A stretch of DNA of 64,000 nt, from positions 6,250 through 70,249 of the IMG/VR virus record IMGVR_UViG_3300023281_001121; one strand, written 5' to 3'. This stretch comes from a virus. Position 1 is the stretch's first letter. Every line of letters starts with the position of its first letter. The translations under genes were made by a program, and so were the position numbers. This document shows, one piece after another, positions 8,113 to 16,802 of the stretch. The notes below the pieces were generated by a model that made no database searches, was not told the origin of the DNA, and saw only the letters and a program-made list of their open reading frames with translations.

Positions 8113-8554
8113 TCGCATCCCGATGGACGCCCCATCCGAGTGGGTCCAGGATCTGCTCAAGACCTGGATCGACCAGATAGAGGACGATGAGACGTTGATC
8201 ATGATCACGATGATGATCACTCATCGCCGTCGCGTCGTGTCCGCAGAGAAAGCACAGCGCCTCATGGCCGACTACTGGGTTGACTTCGGTTCCCTGGAGA
8301 GAGGCACGCAGCTGTTCTTGAATCAGCCGCTGAATGTCGACGGTCGACCGGTTGGTATAGGGCGGGGCCGCGCACGCACCGTGCTTACCTTTCAATCGTA
8401 CAACGCGCAGCACGCGTCGATCATGGTGACGCTGCCATGGACGAGCGTGGCGACCAACATGCATGAGATGCAGATCGACGAAATAATTCTGCACGGCGTC
8501 TCGCTTGAAAAGCACAGACATCTCAAACCAGCAGACGATGGGTTACCGTTTTGA
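8099..8554 (+). CDS. hypothetical protein, paralog A of a tandem pair
   Basis: PSEWVQDLL..W..QI...ETL and FQSY...VTLPW shared with the next gene. Confidence 0.65.
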   Translation: MTMVDRIPMDAPSEWVQDLLKTWIDQIEDDETLIMITMMITHRRRVVSAEKAQRLMADYWVDFGSLERGTQLFLNQPLNVDGRPVGIGRGRARTVLTFQSYNAQHASIMVTLPWTSVATNMHEMQIDEIILHGVSLEKHRHLKPADDGLPF

Positions 8555-8973
8555 AAAAGAGTGAACGAGGAAAGCCGAGCGAGTGGGTGCAGGAGTTACT
8601 GCAGGAATGGGTGAGCCAGATCACCAGTGCCGAAACGCTCGACCACCTGGTGCGCGTGATCATGAAGCGCAAGAAGGATCTGCACCTGTTGAGCGATAAA
8701 GAAAAGATCGCTCGACTCATCGCGACGTACAAAGACATCGAGTACGGTGAAGTGCTATGGCTGAAAGAGCCATACGGCATTCCGCCCGCAGCGTTGGACC
8801 CGAAAAGGCGACGCAAATATCAGCGCGTGAAATTCTACTCGTATCAGCCGCGCAAGAAATTACTTTGGGTCACGTTGCCATGGCTTCCGGCTGATAAGAG
8901 AACCGTGCCGATGCGCATGCGTGACATCGAACGGTACCAACCATCACGAACAGAACCTGAGATCAGGAGGTAG
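8551..8973 (+). CDS. hypothetical protein, paralog B of a tandem pair
   Basis: PSEWVQELL..W..QI...ETL and FYSY...VTLPW; TTGA overlap. Confidence 0.65.
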   Translation: MKKSERGKPSEWVQELLQEWVSQITSAETLDHLVRVIMKRKKDLHLLSDKEKIARLIATYKDIEYGEVLWLKEPYGIPPAALDPKRRRKYQRVKFYSYQPRKKLLWVTLPWLPADKRTVPMRMRDIERYQPSRTEPEIRR

Positions 8974-8976
8974 GAC

Positions 8977-9543
8977 ATGCCCAGAGTTACGCACGTTAAA
9001 AAAGCCCAGAAGGACAACCCCGTCTGCAAGAAAGGTGAGTCCTACTACTGGTGGAAATTCCGCTACGGTGGCAAACGCTACTCGCTCACGCGACCGAAGG
9101 CCAGCCAGCTTACGCAGTCGGCCTACTACGGAAGTCTGTATGAGGTGGAGGAGCGCATCGCGGAAGAGGCCTGCGGCACGGCTGAGGAGATGGAGGCCCT
9201 GCGCGATGAGATCTCTGAGGAGATCCGCAACATCGGCCAGGAGTGCCAGGACAGTCTCGACAACATGCCCGACTCGTTGCAGCAAGGACCGACTGGCGAA
9301 CTGTTGCAGGAGCGGATCGACGCCTGCGATGGAGCAGCGGACGAGATCGAAAGCATCGACATCGACATCGAGTTCGAGGCTGAGGAGATGGACGACGATC
9401 CCGAGTGGGACGAGACCGAGCGCGAGGAAGCGATCGAGAACCATCGTGCCGAGGAGGAGGAGCGTGAGGCGAACGAGCTTATTGACTGGCTCGACGAGAA
9501 GCGCACCGAGATGACCGAAGCCATTGGTAACTGCCACGTATAG
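8977..9543 (+). CDS. phage protein with a basic/aromatic N-terminus and a very acidic helical C-terminus
   Basis: GESYYWWKFRYGGKRYS N-terminus; DSLDNMPDSLQ.GPTGELLQERID motif; GGAGG SD. Confidence 0.75.
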   Translation: MPRVTHVKKAQKDNPVCKKGESYYWWKFRYGGKRYSLTRPKASQLTQSAYYGSLYEVEERIAEEACGTAEEMEALRDEISEEIRNIGQECQDSLDNMPDSLQQGPTGELLQERIDACDGAADEIESIDIDIEFEAEEMDDDPEWDETEREEAIENHRAEEEEREANELIDWLDEKRTEMTEAIGNCHV

Positions 9544-9553
9544 GAGGCAAGAC

Positions 9554-9790
9554 ATGAAGAGATTCACAGTTAAGGGCACGGGGGCATTCCCCATCGACAT
9601 GCTTCGGTACGATGCATGCTGGCCAGATCACGCAGCGGACGCTATCGCTATCCAGGACACGTACCACCGACGTGAGCGCCAGCAAAACAGACGCTTCACC
9701 GTGACGCTTTGCGGGGTAGGTCAGGGCGCTCCCACGGTCGCGAGGTGGGAATCCTTCGGGGTGACCATCGAGGCGGTGCAGCCGCTGTGA
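9554..9790 (+). CDS. conserved small phage protein
   Basis: FTVKGTGAFPIDMLRYDACWP motif; GGAGG SD. Confidence 0.7.
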   Translation: MKRFTVKGTGAFPIDMLRYDACWPDHAADAIAIQDTYHRRERQQNRRFTVTLCGVGQGAPTVARWESFGVTIEAVQPL

Positions 9791-10113
9791 GTCGCGTCAC
9801 GATCGCGGCGGTCGAGCGCATCATCTTCGACTCGTACCTGCAGGACGGGGTACCACTAACGGTCAACGAGATCCGTGAGCGCAGCGCACTGAGCGCCAGT
9901 GCTGTCAGGGACGCGTTGTCATTATCTCGAAAGCTCTCGCGAACGAGACGAGAGGTGGTGATCATGTCGAAGCGGTTCAACGCGGCGAACCTGGTGCATC
10001 AGCATCGAGAAGTCGCGGCCTATTATCCGACGCGCGACTGGCTGCGCGAGATCATCGGCCAGTTGCGACGCGAGAAACACTACAACGACACAGAGAGGAA
10101 ATTTTGCAGATGA
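9787..10113 (+). CDS. putative winged-HTH DNA-binding protein
   Basis: GTGA overlap; PLTVNEIRERSALSASAVRDAL. Confidence 0.5.
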   Translation: MSRVTIAAVERIIFDSYLQDGVPLTVNEIRERSALSASAVRDALSLSRKLSRTRREVVIMSKRFNAANLVHQHREVAAYYPTRDWLREIIGQLRREKHYNDTERKFCR

Positions 10114-10271
10114 ACATACTGAACGACAGTGACCATAAAAAGCTGACCGAGTTCGCTATGCAAGGTCAGTCCGAGGGCAGCAAGTACCCAGGCATGAGCT
10201 ACGAGGATGGCATCATGGCTGTGCTGGACGTGATCGATGAGAACCAGACTGCGGACGAGGTGATCGAGTGA
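10110..10271 (+). CDS. small conserved phage protein (53 aa)
   Basis: Own translation with SKYPGMSYEDGI motif; overlaps both neighbours. Confidence 0.65.
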   Translation: MNILNDSDHKKLTEFAMQGQSEGSKYPGMSYEDGIMAVLDVIDENQTADEVIE

Positions 10272-10468
10272 GCGCGGTACGTGAGTTGATTGAGGGAGAA
10301 GGCCTGACCGTGGAAGACGTTCGCATTTTCCTGGACGAGCTACGCGAGTCAGGTGAGAAGAACATGTACGCGTCAGGTCAGGATCTGGAGGAGCATTTCG
10401 GTTTCGACAAGAGGCAAGCCAGGCCCATCGTCACGGCGTACCTTAGGACGGGCTTACGTGACATCTAG
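10268..10468 (+). CDS. small conserved phage protein
   Basis: FLDELRESGEKNMY motif. Confidence 0.65.
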   Translation: MSAVRELIEGEGLTVEDVRIFLDELRESGEKNMYASGQDLEEHFGFDKRQARPIVTAYLRTGLRDI

Positions 10469-10694
10469 GGTCCGACTGATTGCGGTGCCGCTGTTCGAGC
10501 TACTTGCTCAGCAGTTCGAAGCGCGCCGCACAGACTGGTTTATCCGCTGGTTGTACGCAGACGGGATAGACCTGCGGGTGGACGACTACGACGCGATGAC
10601 GACGGCACACTATCGAGTGCCGGTAGAAGTGTTAACCCCGGCGTTTCTGAAAGAGGCGCGGGCCTTGTGGCGATCATTACCAAGAAGGAGATAA
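10458..10694 (+). CDS. hypothetical protein
   Basis: GTG at 10458; fills the gap between neighbours. Confidence 0.45.
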   Translation: MTSRVRLIAVPLFELLAQQFEARRTDWFIRWLYADGIDLRVDDYDAMTTAHYRVPVEVLTPAFLKEARALWRSLPRRR

Positions 10695-10696
10695 TC

Positions 10697-11134
10697 ATGG
10701 GATACACACACTACTGGCGACACGGCGATTTAGATCAGGCGAAGTGGGATGAGTTCGCGAGACGTGCGAAGCTGCTCATCGAGGCGAGCGATGTGCCTGT
10801 TGTTTGGGAGTACGATGAGCCTAAGCGCAAGCCCGAAATAACAGGCCTAGTGGTTCGGTTCAACGGCGTGGGTGAGGACGGACATGAGACGTTCTATTTT
10901 CAGCGACAGCCGAGGCATCATGAGTGGGAAGACAAGTCCAAGCACCCGTTTAATTTCACCAAGACCGCGCGCAAACCGTACGACGAGATCTGCGTCGCGA
11001 TACTTATCGAAGCTGAGCGCATCTTCGGCGAAGATTTCAGCTGGTCGAGCGACGGCGAAGGCGAGCGTGGCTACAAAAAGGCAGGCCTTGCTCTCATCGC
11101 GCTAATAGATCAGCAGCTGCAGATGTCTATCTAG
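10697..11134 (+). CDS. conserved phage early protein
   Basis: MGYTHYW...RFNG....HETF...FTKTARKPYD...SSDG family pattern; AAGGAG SD. Confidence 0.75.
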   Translation: MGYTHYWRHGDLDQAKWDEFARRAKLLIEASDVPVVWEYDEPKRKPEITGLVVRFNGVGEDGHETFYFQRQPRHHEWEDKSKHPFNFTKTARKPYDEICVAILIEAERIFGEDFSWSSDGEGERGYKKAGLALIALIDQQLQMSI

Positions 11135-11142
11135 GAGGGACT

Positions 11143-11655
11143 ATGAGCGAGAGGCAGATACCTATCCATCCGGAGCGCGGGCTGGACCCGCATCTGACGT
11201 TCTGTCCGCGTTGTGGCGGCGAGACTAACGGGCTGACGATCGGTGTAATCCGAAAGGCAGAGATCCCCAACGGTCAGCTGGTCTACGCCCAGCGCGGCAG
11301 CGAACAGAAGATGCGAAAGCGTTTGCTGGAGCAGGGAATGATCTCCGACCATGAGCGCCTTGACTGGCGCGAACTTGGTGAGAACGAACGCGTACCAGAT
11401 AGCAGTGTCTGCGAGCAGTGCAAAACGGAACTGACCGACTGGGCCGACCTGGTGAAGCAGGGCGGATGTTATTTCAAATGCAATCAGTGCGGCTGCAATG
11501 GGGTCATCAACCCCGGATCGGAAATGGCAGCAGCTGTGCGCAAGGCAACGGGCAAGCCGCCACCCCAACCGTGTGGCGTCGCGTTCGAAACGTGTGACTC
11601 ACACAAAGCAACCATAGAAGAGGAGACCGACGATGGGAAGACCGAGGAAACCTAG
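11143..11655 (+). CDS. multi-CxxC zinc-binding protein
   Basis: CPRCGG, CEQC, CNQCGC; GGAGG SD. Confidence 0.65.
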   Translation: MSERQIPIHPERGLDPHLTFCPRCGGETNGLTIGVIRKAEIPNGQLVYAQRGSEQKMRKRLLEQGMISDHERLDWRELGENERVPDSSVCEQCKTELTDWADLVKQGGCYFKCNQCGCNGVINPGSEMAAAVRKATGKPPPQPCGVAFETCDSHKATIEEETDDGKTEET

Positions 11656-11872
11656 GTGTGTAATTGATGGGTGCGACGATATTGCTGTGTACAAGAAAGC
11701 GCAGCTATGTCATCGATGCTACAACCGTATCGCTTGGCAGCTGAAGCAGGGAGTGTCGTGGGCAGTTCGCCGCGCGCGTAGGCTCCAATCGTGGCAGTCA
11801 GGGCTTGAGGTGGTGCTGGGTAACGTCAGCACAATCGAGTCGAAGCAGGATCGCCGAAGGCGACGCGCGTGA
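11633..11872 (+). CDS. small zinc-finger protein with a basic tail
   Basis: CVIDGC...LCHRCY. Confidence 0.6.
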   Translation: MGRPRKPRCVIDGCDDIAVYKKAQLCHRCYNRIAWQLKQGVSWAVRRARRLQSWQSGLEVVLGNVSTIESKQDRRRRRA

Positions 11873-12090
11873 CGTTACCCGTCGACATTCCGATGGTGCC
11901 AATCTACATTCCGAAACAGCCAGAGGAATGTATCAAGCTCCCGTTGTTCACCCATGAAGTGATCAACGAGGGCACGCGCGAGGAAGCACTCGTCATCTTC
12001 AATCACGGGCGAACGTATCGCGTCGAGTACGCCTGGGGCTGGTTCATGCGATTGTGTTTACGGGTGAAGGAATGGAAACCTATCACGTAA
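11869..12090 (+). CDS. hypothetical protein
   Basis: GTGA-coupled ORF in the operon. Confidence 0.5.
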   Translation: MTLPVDIPMVPIYIPKQPEECIKLPLFTHEVINEGTREEALVIFNHGRTYRVEYAWGWFMRLCLRVKEWKPIT

Positions 12091-12854
12091 GAGCGTCGAG
12101 CATAGCCCCGTTCGCGGATTGTGCGGCAATGTGGGCGGCGAGGGTATTGGAGGGGCTGAACCTTCCATCCTCGCCGCCTGCGACGATCGGTACCGCCGTG
12201 CATAAGAGTACGGGCGTGTTCGATCAGGCCAAGCTCGACGGCGAGATCGTGACTGCGGATGACGCAGCCGAGGTGTGTTTGGCTCACATCAAGGACCCTG
12301 GTGAGGACGTGGACTGGACAGGTGTCAGCATAAAGAAAGCTGCCGAGGTGGCGCTAGGCGTGCATACACGCTATTGCAAAGACATCGCTCCGATCCACGA
12401 CTACCTCGCGATCGAGCAGACCATGGACGAATTGGAATTGGTCTGGGACGATCTTGGGATCAAGCTCATCCTCACGGGCACGCTCGACAGGTTGTTCGCT
12501 AAGGGTGAAGAGATAGGTGTCGCCGACCTGAAGACCGGCGCACGGGCCTGCTCGCAGACGAGCGGCAAACACAAGGCCCAAGTCGGCGCGTACGAATTAC
12601 TCGCCGAGAAGAAAACGGGTATGATGGTGACAATGCCTGGGGAACTGATTCAGCTGCAGACGAGCAGCAACTACCGCGCTGCTGTGCATCCGGTGGTTAA
12701 CGCTCGCGTCGCTCTTCTAGGCGACGACAATCACGCTGGCATCCTGACCCACATGGCCAAGTCACTCAAGAGTGGTGATTTTTTAGGCAACCCATCGTCA
12801 TGGTTGTGCAGTCCGAAATACTGCCCAGCGTGGGAACGATGTATTTACAAATAG
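12072..12854 (+). CDS. PD-(D/E)XK exonuclease, Cas4/AddB-like with Fe-S cysteine staple
   Basis: IGTAVH, GTLDRL, ADLKTG, QVGAY; N-terminal Cys plus C-terminal CSPKYCPAWERC; directly upstream of RecT. Confidence 0.8.
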   Translation: METYHVRASSIAPFADCAAMWAARVLEGLNLPSSPPATIGTAVHKSTGVFDQAKLDGEIVTADDAAEVCLAHIKDPGEDVDWTGVSIKKAAEVALGVHTRYCKDIAPIHDYLAIEQTMDELELVWDDLGIKLILTGTLDRLFAKGEEIGVADLKTGARACSQTSGKHKAQVGAYELLAEKKTGMMVTMPGELIQLQTSSNYRAAVHPVVNARVALLGDDNHAGILTHMAKSLKSGDFLGNPSSWLCSPKYCPAWERCIYK

Positions 12855-12861
12855 GAGAGTC

Positions 12862-13902
12862 ATGATGACGACCGTAGCAGACTTACGAAAGCCCAAGACC
12901 GCGCTCGCTGAGGTGATGAAGCAGCCGCCGAAGCAGCGCATCCAGACGTTGTTGCAGGAGAACAAGAAAGAGATCGCCGCAGCGTTACCGAAGCATCTCA
13001 ACATCGATCGCATGCTGACGATCGCGCAGACAGCAGCGACATCGGTACCGGCGCTACTTGAGTGCTACACGCCATCTCTGTTCGGCGCGATGATCAAATG
13101 CACGCAGCTGGGCCTGGAGCCGAATAACGCGATGGGCCAGGCGTATCTGGTTCCATTCCGCAATCGGAAGCAGAACCGCAAAGACGTGCAGCTGATCATT
13201 GGCTACAAGGGATTGATCGACCTGGCACGCAGGTCAGGACACGTTGTCAGTATCAACGCCCAGGCAGTGCGCGAGGGCGACAAGTTCGAATGGGAGTTCG
13301 GACTGAATGAGAAGCTCGTTCATGTTCCCGGCGACAATCGCGGCGAGATCACGCACTTCTATGCGTACGCAAAACTCGTTGGCGGGGGGCACCAGTTCGA
13401 CGTGCAGACGCGCGCAGACATCGACAAGCTCATGCAGTCAACGCAGTCGAAAGGCGAGTACGGTCCATGGGCGGATTATTACGAGCAGATGGGGCGGAAA
13501 TCGATGATTAGACGCATAAGCTCTTACTTGCCGATGTCCATTAGTCAGGCCGAAGCGACGTCTCTAGATAGCCGCGCAGACGCAGGTCTCGACCAGGGAC
13601 TGGAAGGTGTACTCAGTGGCGACTACACGGTGCTGCCGGACACTGAGGAGCCTCAGGCGTTGCCCGAGCCGATCACCGACATCAACGGTGAGATCTTCGA
13701 TCCGGAGCAACACCAGGAATCGGATGGTGAGCCGGTCTACAACAAGGATCAGTCGTTCAGAAAGAAACGCGCGAAGCCATCGCAACCGGCTACGTCGCAA
13801 GAACAACCGCCGACAACGGGAGACCCAGGAGCAGGAGCCGAAGACCCCGGCACAGGAGAAGCACCACCACCGGGAGGCGATGAAGGCTTCGGCATCGAGT
13901 AA
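12862..13902 (+). CDS. recT: RecT-family single-strand annealing recombinase
   Basis: LLECYTPSLFGAMI...LGLEP...GQAYLVPF...QLIIGYKGLIDLARRSG; PW.DYYEQMGRKS. Confidence 0.92.
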   Translation: MMTTVADLRKPKTALAEVMKQPPKQRIQTLLQENKKEIAAALPKHLNIDRMLTIAQTAATSVPALLECYTPSLFGAMIKCTQLGLEPNNAMGQAYLVPFRNRKQNRKDVQLIIGYKGLIDLARRSGHVVSINAQAVREGDKFEWEFGLNEKLVHVPGDNRGEITHFYAYAKLVGGGHQFDVQTRADIDKLMQSTQSKGEYGPWADYYEQMGRKSMIRRISSYLPMSISQAEATSLDSRADAGLDQGLEGVLSGDYTVLPDTEEPQALPEPITDINGEIFDPEQHQESDGEPVYNKDQSFRKKRAKPSQPATSQEQPPTTGDPGAGAEDPGTGEAPPPGGDEGFGIE

Positions 13903-13926
13903 TTAACCGCAAACCAGGAGGGACGC

Positions 13927-14139
13927 ATGTTAGTTCTAGAGAGATACTTAAAGCAGGGAGTGAAGATCGGCGACGACGTGCTGATACAGGTTCTGGAGAT
14001 CCGCCCTGTTCTGGGTGGTAAGCCAGCAGCCGTTAGGCTAGGTATCGCCGCACCCGATAGCACCCGCATCCAGAAAGAGGAAGTCTGGATCGAGCAGCAG
14101 AATCCGGAGTTTAAGAAAAATGCAACTAACGAAACTTAG
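13927..14139 (+). CDS. csrA: CsrA/RsmA-like carbon storage regulator
   Basis: MLVLER...VKIGDDVLIQVLEI...VRLGIAAP..TRIQKEEV matches the CsrA consensus. Confidence 0.85.
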   Translation: MLVLERYLKQGVKIGDDVLIQVLEIRPVLGGKPAAVRLGIAAPDSTRIQKEEVWIEQQNPEFKKNATNET

Positions 14140-15547
14140 TATCGATTCGTTCCTGCAGATAAAGGCGATGGACCTGGACCTCAGCGAGGCCCCGGTCCAT
14201 CTGATCTGCGGTCACAACGAATGCGGCAAGTCCAGCATCCATGAGGCAATACGGTATGCGATGTTGGGCGAGACAGATCGGGTCTCTCTAAAAAGGGAGT
14301 ACCCACTTATGGTCCGTGCTGGCGCGAAAACTGCGTCAGTACGGATCGATTTTGTCGACAACGAAGGTAACCATGACTTCATCGCTCGCGATGTTGGTAG
14401 CGGCAAGGTGACCGATGGTGACGACACTGACCCACAGTTCGGTATCGATACTGTCATGGATGCAACCAAGTATCCACTGATGGACCCGAAGCATCAGCGT
14501 ACGTTCCTGACAGACCTTCTACAGATCCGAATCGATCGCGGTAAGGTCAGGGCCAACATGTTGCGCAAGGGACTGCCGGAATCGTTCTGCGAGATCTTGC
14601 AGCCGATGTTGCGTGCCGGGTTCGATCCCACGCACAAGGAAGCGAAGTCTCAACAGAGCCAGGCACGGGCACGTTGGGAGCAGCTTACCGGCGAGAAGTG
14701 GGGATCGACGAAGGGCGGCGAATGGAAGCCCGAGAAGAGGCCAGTCATCCAGGCGATGAGGGACGCAGCGAGCCGTGAAGCTGAGAAGTATCGGCTCGCG
14801 TATAACTCGGCGCTCGAAAATCTCGGCGAGGTGAAAGCCCACCAGGGCGGGTTCGGTGGACCGTGCCCCAACTGCGAGACGATGCTGGTATGGAGCGGGA
14901 GGCACATGAAGCTCCAATCGGACGAGCCGACGCGGGAAGAGCTAGGCGACGCCGCGAAAGCGGCTAAGGAAGTTGAGGGCCTGGAGAAGGTGTGGGTCCA
15001 AGAGCGTGAGCGAGTCGCACAGATGGAAGCCGACATCGAGTTCAATGGCCGCATGGCAGAGATCCAAGTCGAGGCTCAGGAGATCAACGCGGAGATCCTG
15101 AACTGGATGATGGCAGCAGAGATGTTAGCGCCGGACGGCATCCCGAGTCAGATGATCGCCGAGGAACTGAAGCCGATCAATGAGCGGTTACGTGAGACTT
15201 CTATTGCCACGTCGTGGGAACAAGTTGTCATCACCCCCACAGTGCAGATCACGATCGGTTCGCTGCCCTATTCCCTTTGTAGTGAAAGCTCGCAGTGGCG
15301 TGCGCAAGCCGCAATCGCTGAGGCGATCAGCACGCTTGGTGAACTGGGCATTCTTTGTCTCGATCGAATCGACGTACTGGACATACCGAATCGTGCGCGA
15401 CTGCTGAAGTGGATCAACTCGGTGGCAGACCAGCACAACACGATCCTTTTGTTTGGTACCCTTAAAGAAAAGCCGCAGAAGCTGCCCGGTACCTTCAGCG
15501 TTCACTGGCTCGACAGGGGCGAGGAGTTAACGGACGCGCCGTTTTGA
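14120..15547 (+). CDS. SbcC/Rad50-like ABC ATPase with coiled coil and Zn hook
   Basis: GHNECGKSS Walker A, central CPNC, CSESSQWR signature-like, LCLDRIDVLD Walker B-like. Confidence 0.75.
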   Translation: MQLTKLSIDSFLQIKAMDLDLSEAPVHLICGHNECGKSSIHEAIRYAMLGETDRVSLKREYPLMVRAGAKTASVRIDFVDNEGNHDFIARDVGSGKVTDGDDTDPQFGIDTVMDATKYPLMDPKHQRTFLTDLLQIRIDRGKVRANMLRKGLPESFCEILQPMLRAGFDPTHKEAKSQQSQARARWEQLTGEKWGSTKGGEWKPEKRPVIQAMRDAASREAEKYRLAYNSALENLGEVKAHQGGFGGPCPNCETMLVWSGRHMKLQSDEPTREELGDAAKAAKEVEGLEKVWVQERERVAQMEADIEFNGRMAEIQVEAQEINAEILNWMMAAEMLAPDGIPSQMIAEELKPINERLRETSIATSWEQVVITPTVQITIGSLPYSLCSESSQWRAQAAIAEAISTLGELGILCLDRIDVLDIPNRARLLKWINSVADQHNTILLFGTLKEKPQKLPGTFSVHWLDRGEELTDAPF

Positions 15548-15660
15548 TAGAAGGGGTCTACGGTCATATGGTGAAGGCAGGTGCGACTGCTGGTAGCCAC
15601 TCGCATATAGAGCCGTACTGTCTGGGCGGGTCAGACGCCCCTTTCCACCGGAGTTAAACG

Positions 15661-15933
15661 ATGGCTTACACGCAGGCACAATTCGAAGCGATCTTCCAGA
15701 CTGTCACGGCAGTCAGTCATCAGATCGTCAAAATAGACTGGGAAGAGATGCGGGTCTGGGTAGACAAAATCGTCGGACCAGATTCAGTGAAAAATCCCGA
15801 TCGGATGGAAGATCTGCAGAACCTGCAAATTGCGATCGGTGCGTTCGGAAAAATGCAAGATGTCCTTAGAGAGACGGGGATTCCGATCCGGAACCCCATC
15901 CACATGATTCCTAAGGAACCGCCAGGCCCGTAG
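15661..15933 (+). CDS. hypothetical protein, last gene of the rightward unit
   Basis: GGAG SD, 90-aa ORF. Confidence 0.6.
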   Translation: MAYTQAQFEAIFQTVTAVSHQIVKIDWEEMRVWVDKIVGPDSVKNPDRMEDLQNLQIAIGAFGKMQDVLRETGIPIRNPIHMIPKEPPGP

Positions 15934-16081
15934 ACGGCGGCTCTAGGTGCGGGGCAATGCCCCAAGGGTGGCTAACGGCGCAAAGACCACGTTAGCACTT
16001 CACCATACCTTTCGATGTTCATCTCTGCTGAATTACCACCGTGTGCTTGCAGCAACGACGGTGCAACCTCAGCTTCAATGC

Positions 16082-16168
16082 CTACGGGCCTGACGTCTCT
16101 ACCGCTTTCTTTGGCTTAACGCCCAACCAGATCCCAATGACAATCCCGATGAGTATCAGTAACCGAAT
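16082..16168 (-). CDS. candidate 28-aa membrane peptide (ATT start or -1 frameshift extension of the upstream gene)
   Basis: IRLLILIGIVIGIWLGVKPKKAVETSGP; TAATT overlap with the upstream stop. Confidence 0.35.
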   Translation of the reverse strand: MRLLILIGIVIGIWLGVKPKKAVETSGP

Positions 16169-16500
16169 TATTCGGTCACGGTCAGAATCGGGGGGAGCGG
16201 GGGGGATGGTGGTGGGGCTACCGTAAAACTGACTGCGTTACTGGGCGCTGATGTGAGTCCGTTCGCAGTTTCCGCTGTCGCGACACATTGGTAAGTGCCC
16301 GGCGCGAAGTCCTCCGTACTCATCGTTTCGCCCATCGTATAGACGAACGTCTGACCCTCACAGATCAGCGTGACGTTCACCAGATCGCCTGCCACGATCG
16401 GCGTGCCATCTTCATAGTCGGTGGGGTTCTGCCATTCGAAGTCGGTCGCAAAAGCCGTGCCGACAAACAGCAGCATCACTAACGTAATCAATCGTTTCAT
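16168..16500 (-). CDS. secreted FN3-like beta-sandwich protein
   Basis: Signal peptide MKRLITLVMLLFVGTAFA; WQNPTDYEDGTP...GTYQCVATA...SAPSNAVSF; Pro-rich tail. Confidence 0.65.
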   Translation of the reverse strand: MKRLITLVMLLFVGTAFATDFEWQNPTDYEDGTPIVAGDLVNVTLICEGQTFVYTMGETMSTEDFAPGTYQCVATAETANGLTSAPSNAVSFTVAPPPSPPLPPILTVTE

Positions 16501-16802
16501 TTCGCCTCCTTATTGGCTGGTGCTGCCCAAACACCTAACAGTGTCGTGAGCAGCGTGACAAATTGCTCCATGGTCTGAGCGTCGTTGAACATAGGGCCGA
16601 GGAACGGCATCTGAGTGACCAGCCACCCGATGCCACCCCCGACTGTAGCTCCTATGAGTTTGTTGTACTGGCTGAGGCCTGCATCGTCCAGAGCCTTCTC
16701 GGTCGCCTTCTTGAAACGCTTCGCGACCTTGACGGCACGATGCGCGCGAAACGCATCGTACCCCTTGCCAGCCAGTTTGCCGACGCCCAGGAGATCCGGC
16801 AC
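16497..16802 (-). CDS. holin-like two-TM membrane protein
   Basis: GTG at 16802; YNKLIGATVGGGIGWLV and FVTLLTTLLGVWAAPAN hydrophobic segments. Confidence 0.55.
   Translation of the reverse strand: MPDLLGVGKLAGKGYDAFRAHRAVKVAKRFKKATEKALDDAGLSQYNKLIGATVGGGIGWLVTQMPFLGPMFNDAQTMEQFVTLLTTLLGVWAAPANKEAK

Noticed and set aside
12072-12854. Cas4-like gene as part of a CRISPR-Cas system
   Set aside because: It sits next to recT like a RecE-type exonuclease; no cas1/cas2 or array present.
15551-15644. Possible tRNA
   Set aside because: No acceptor/D/anticodon/T-arm cloverleaf; GGTGCGACT only loosely resembles a T-loop.
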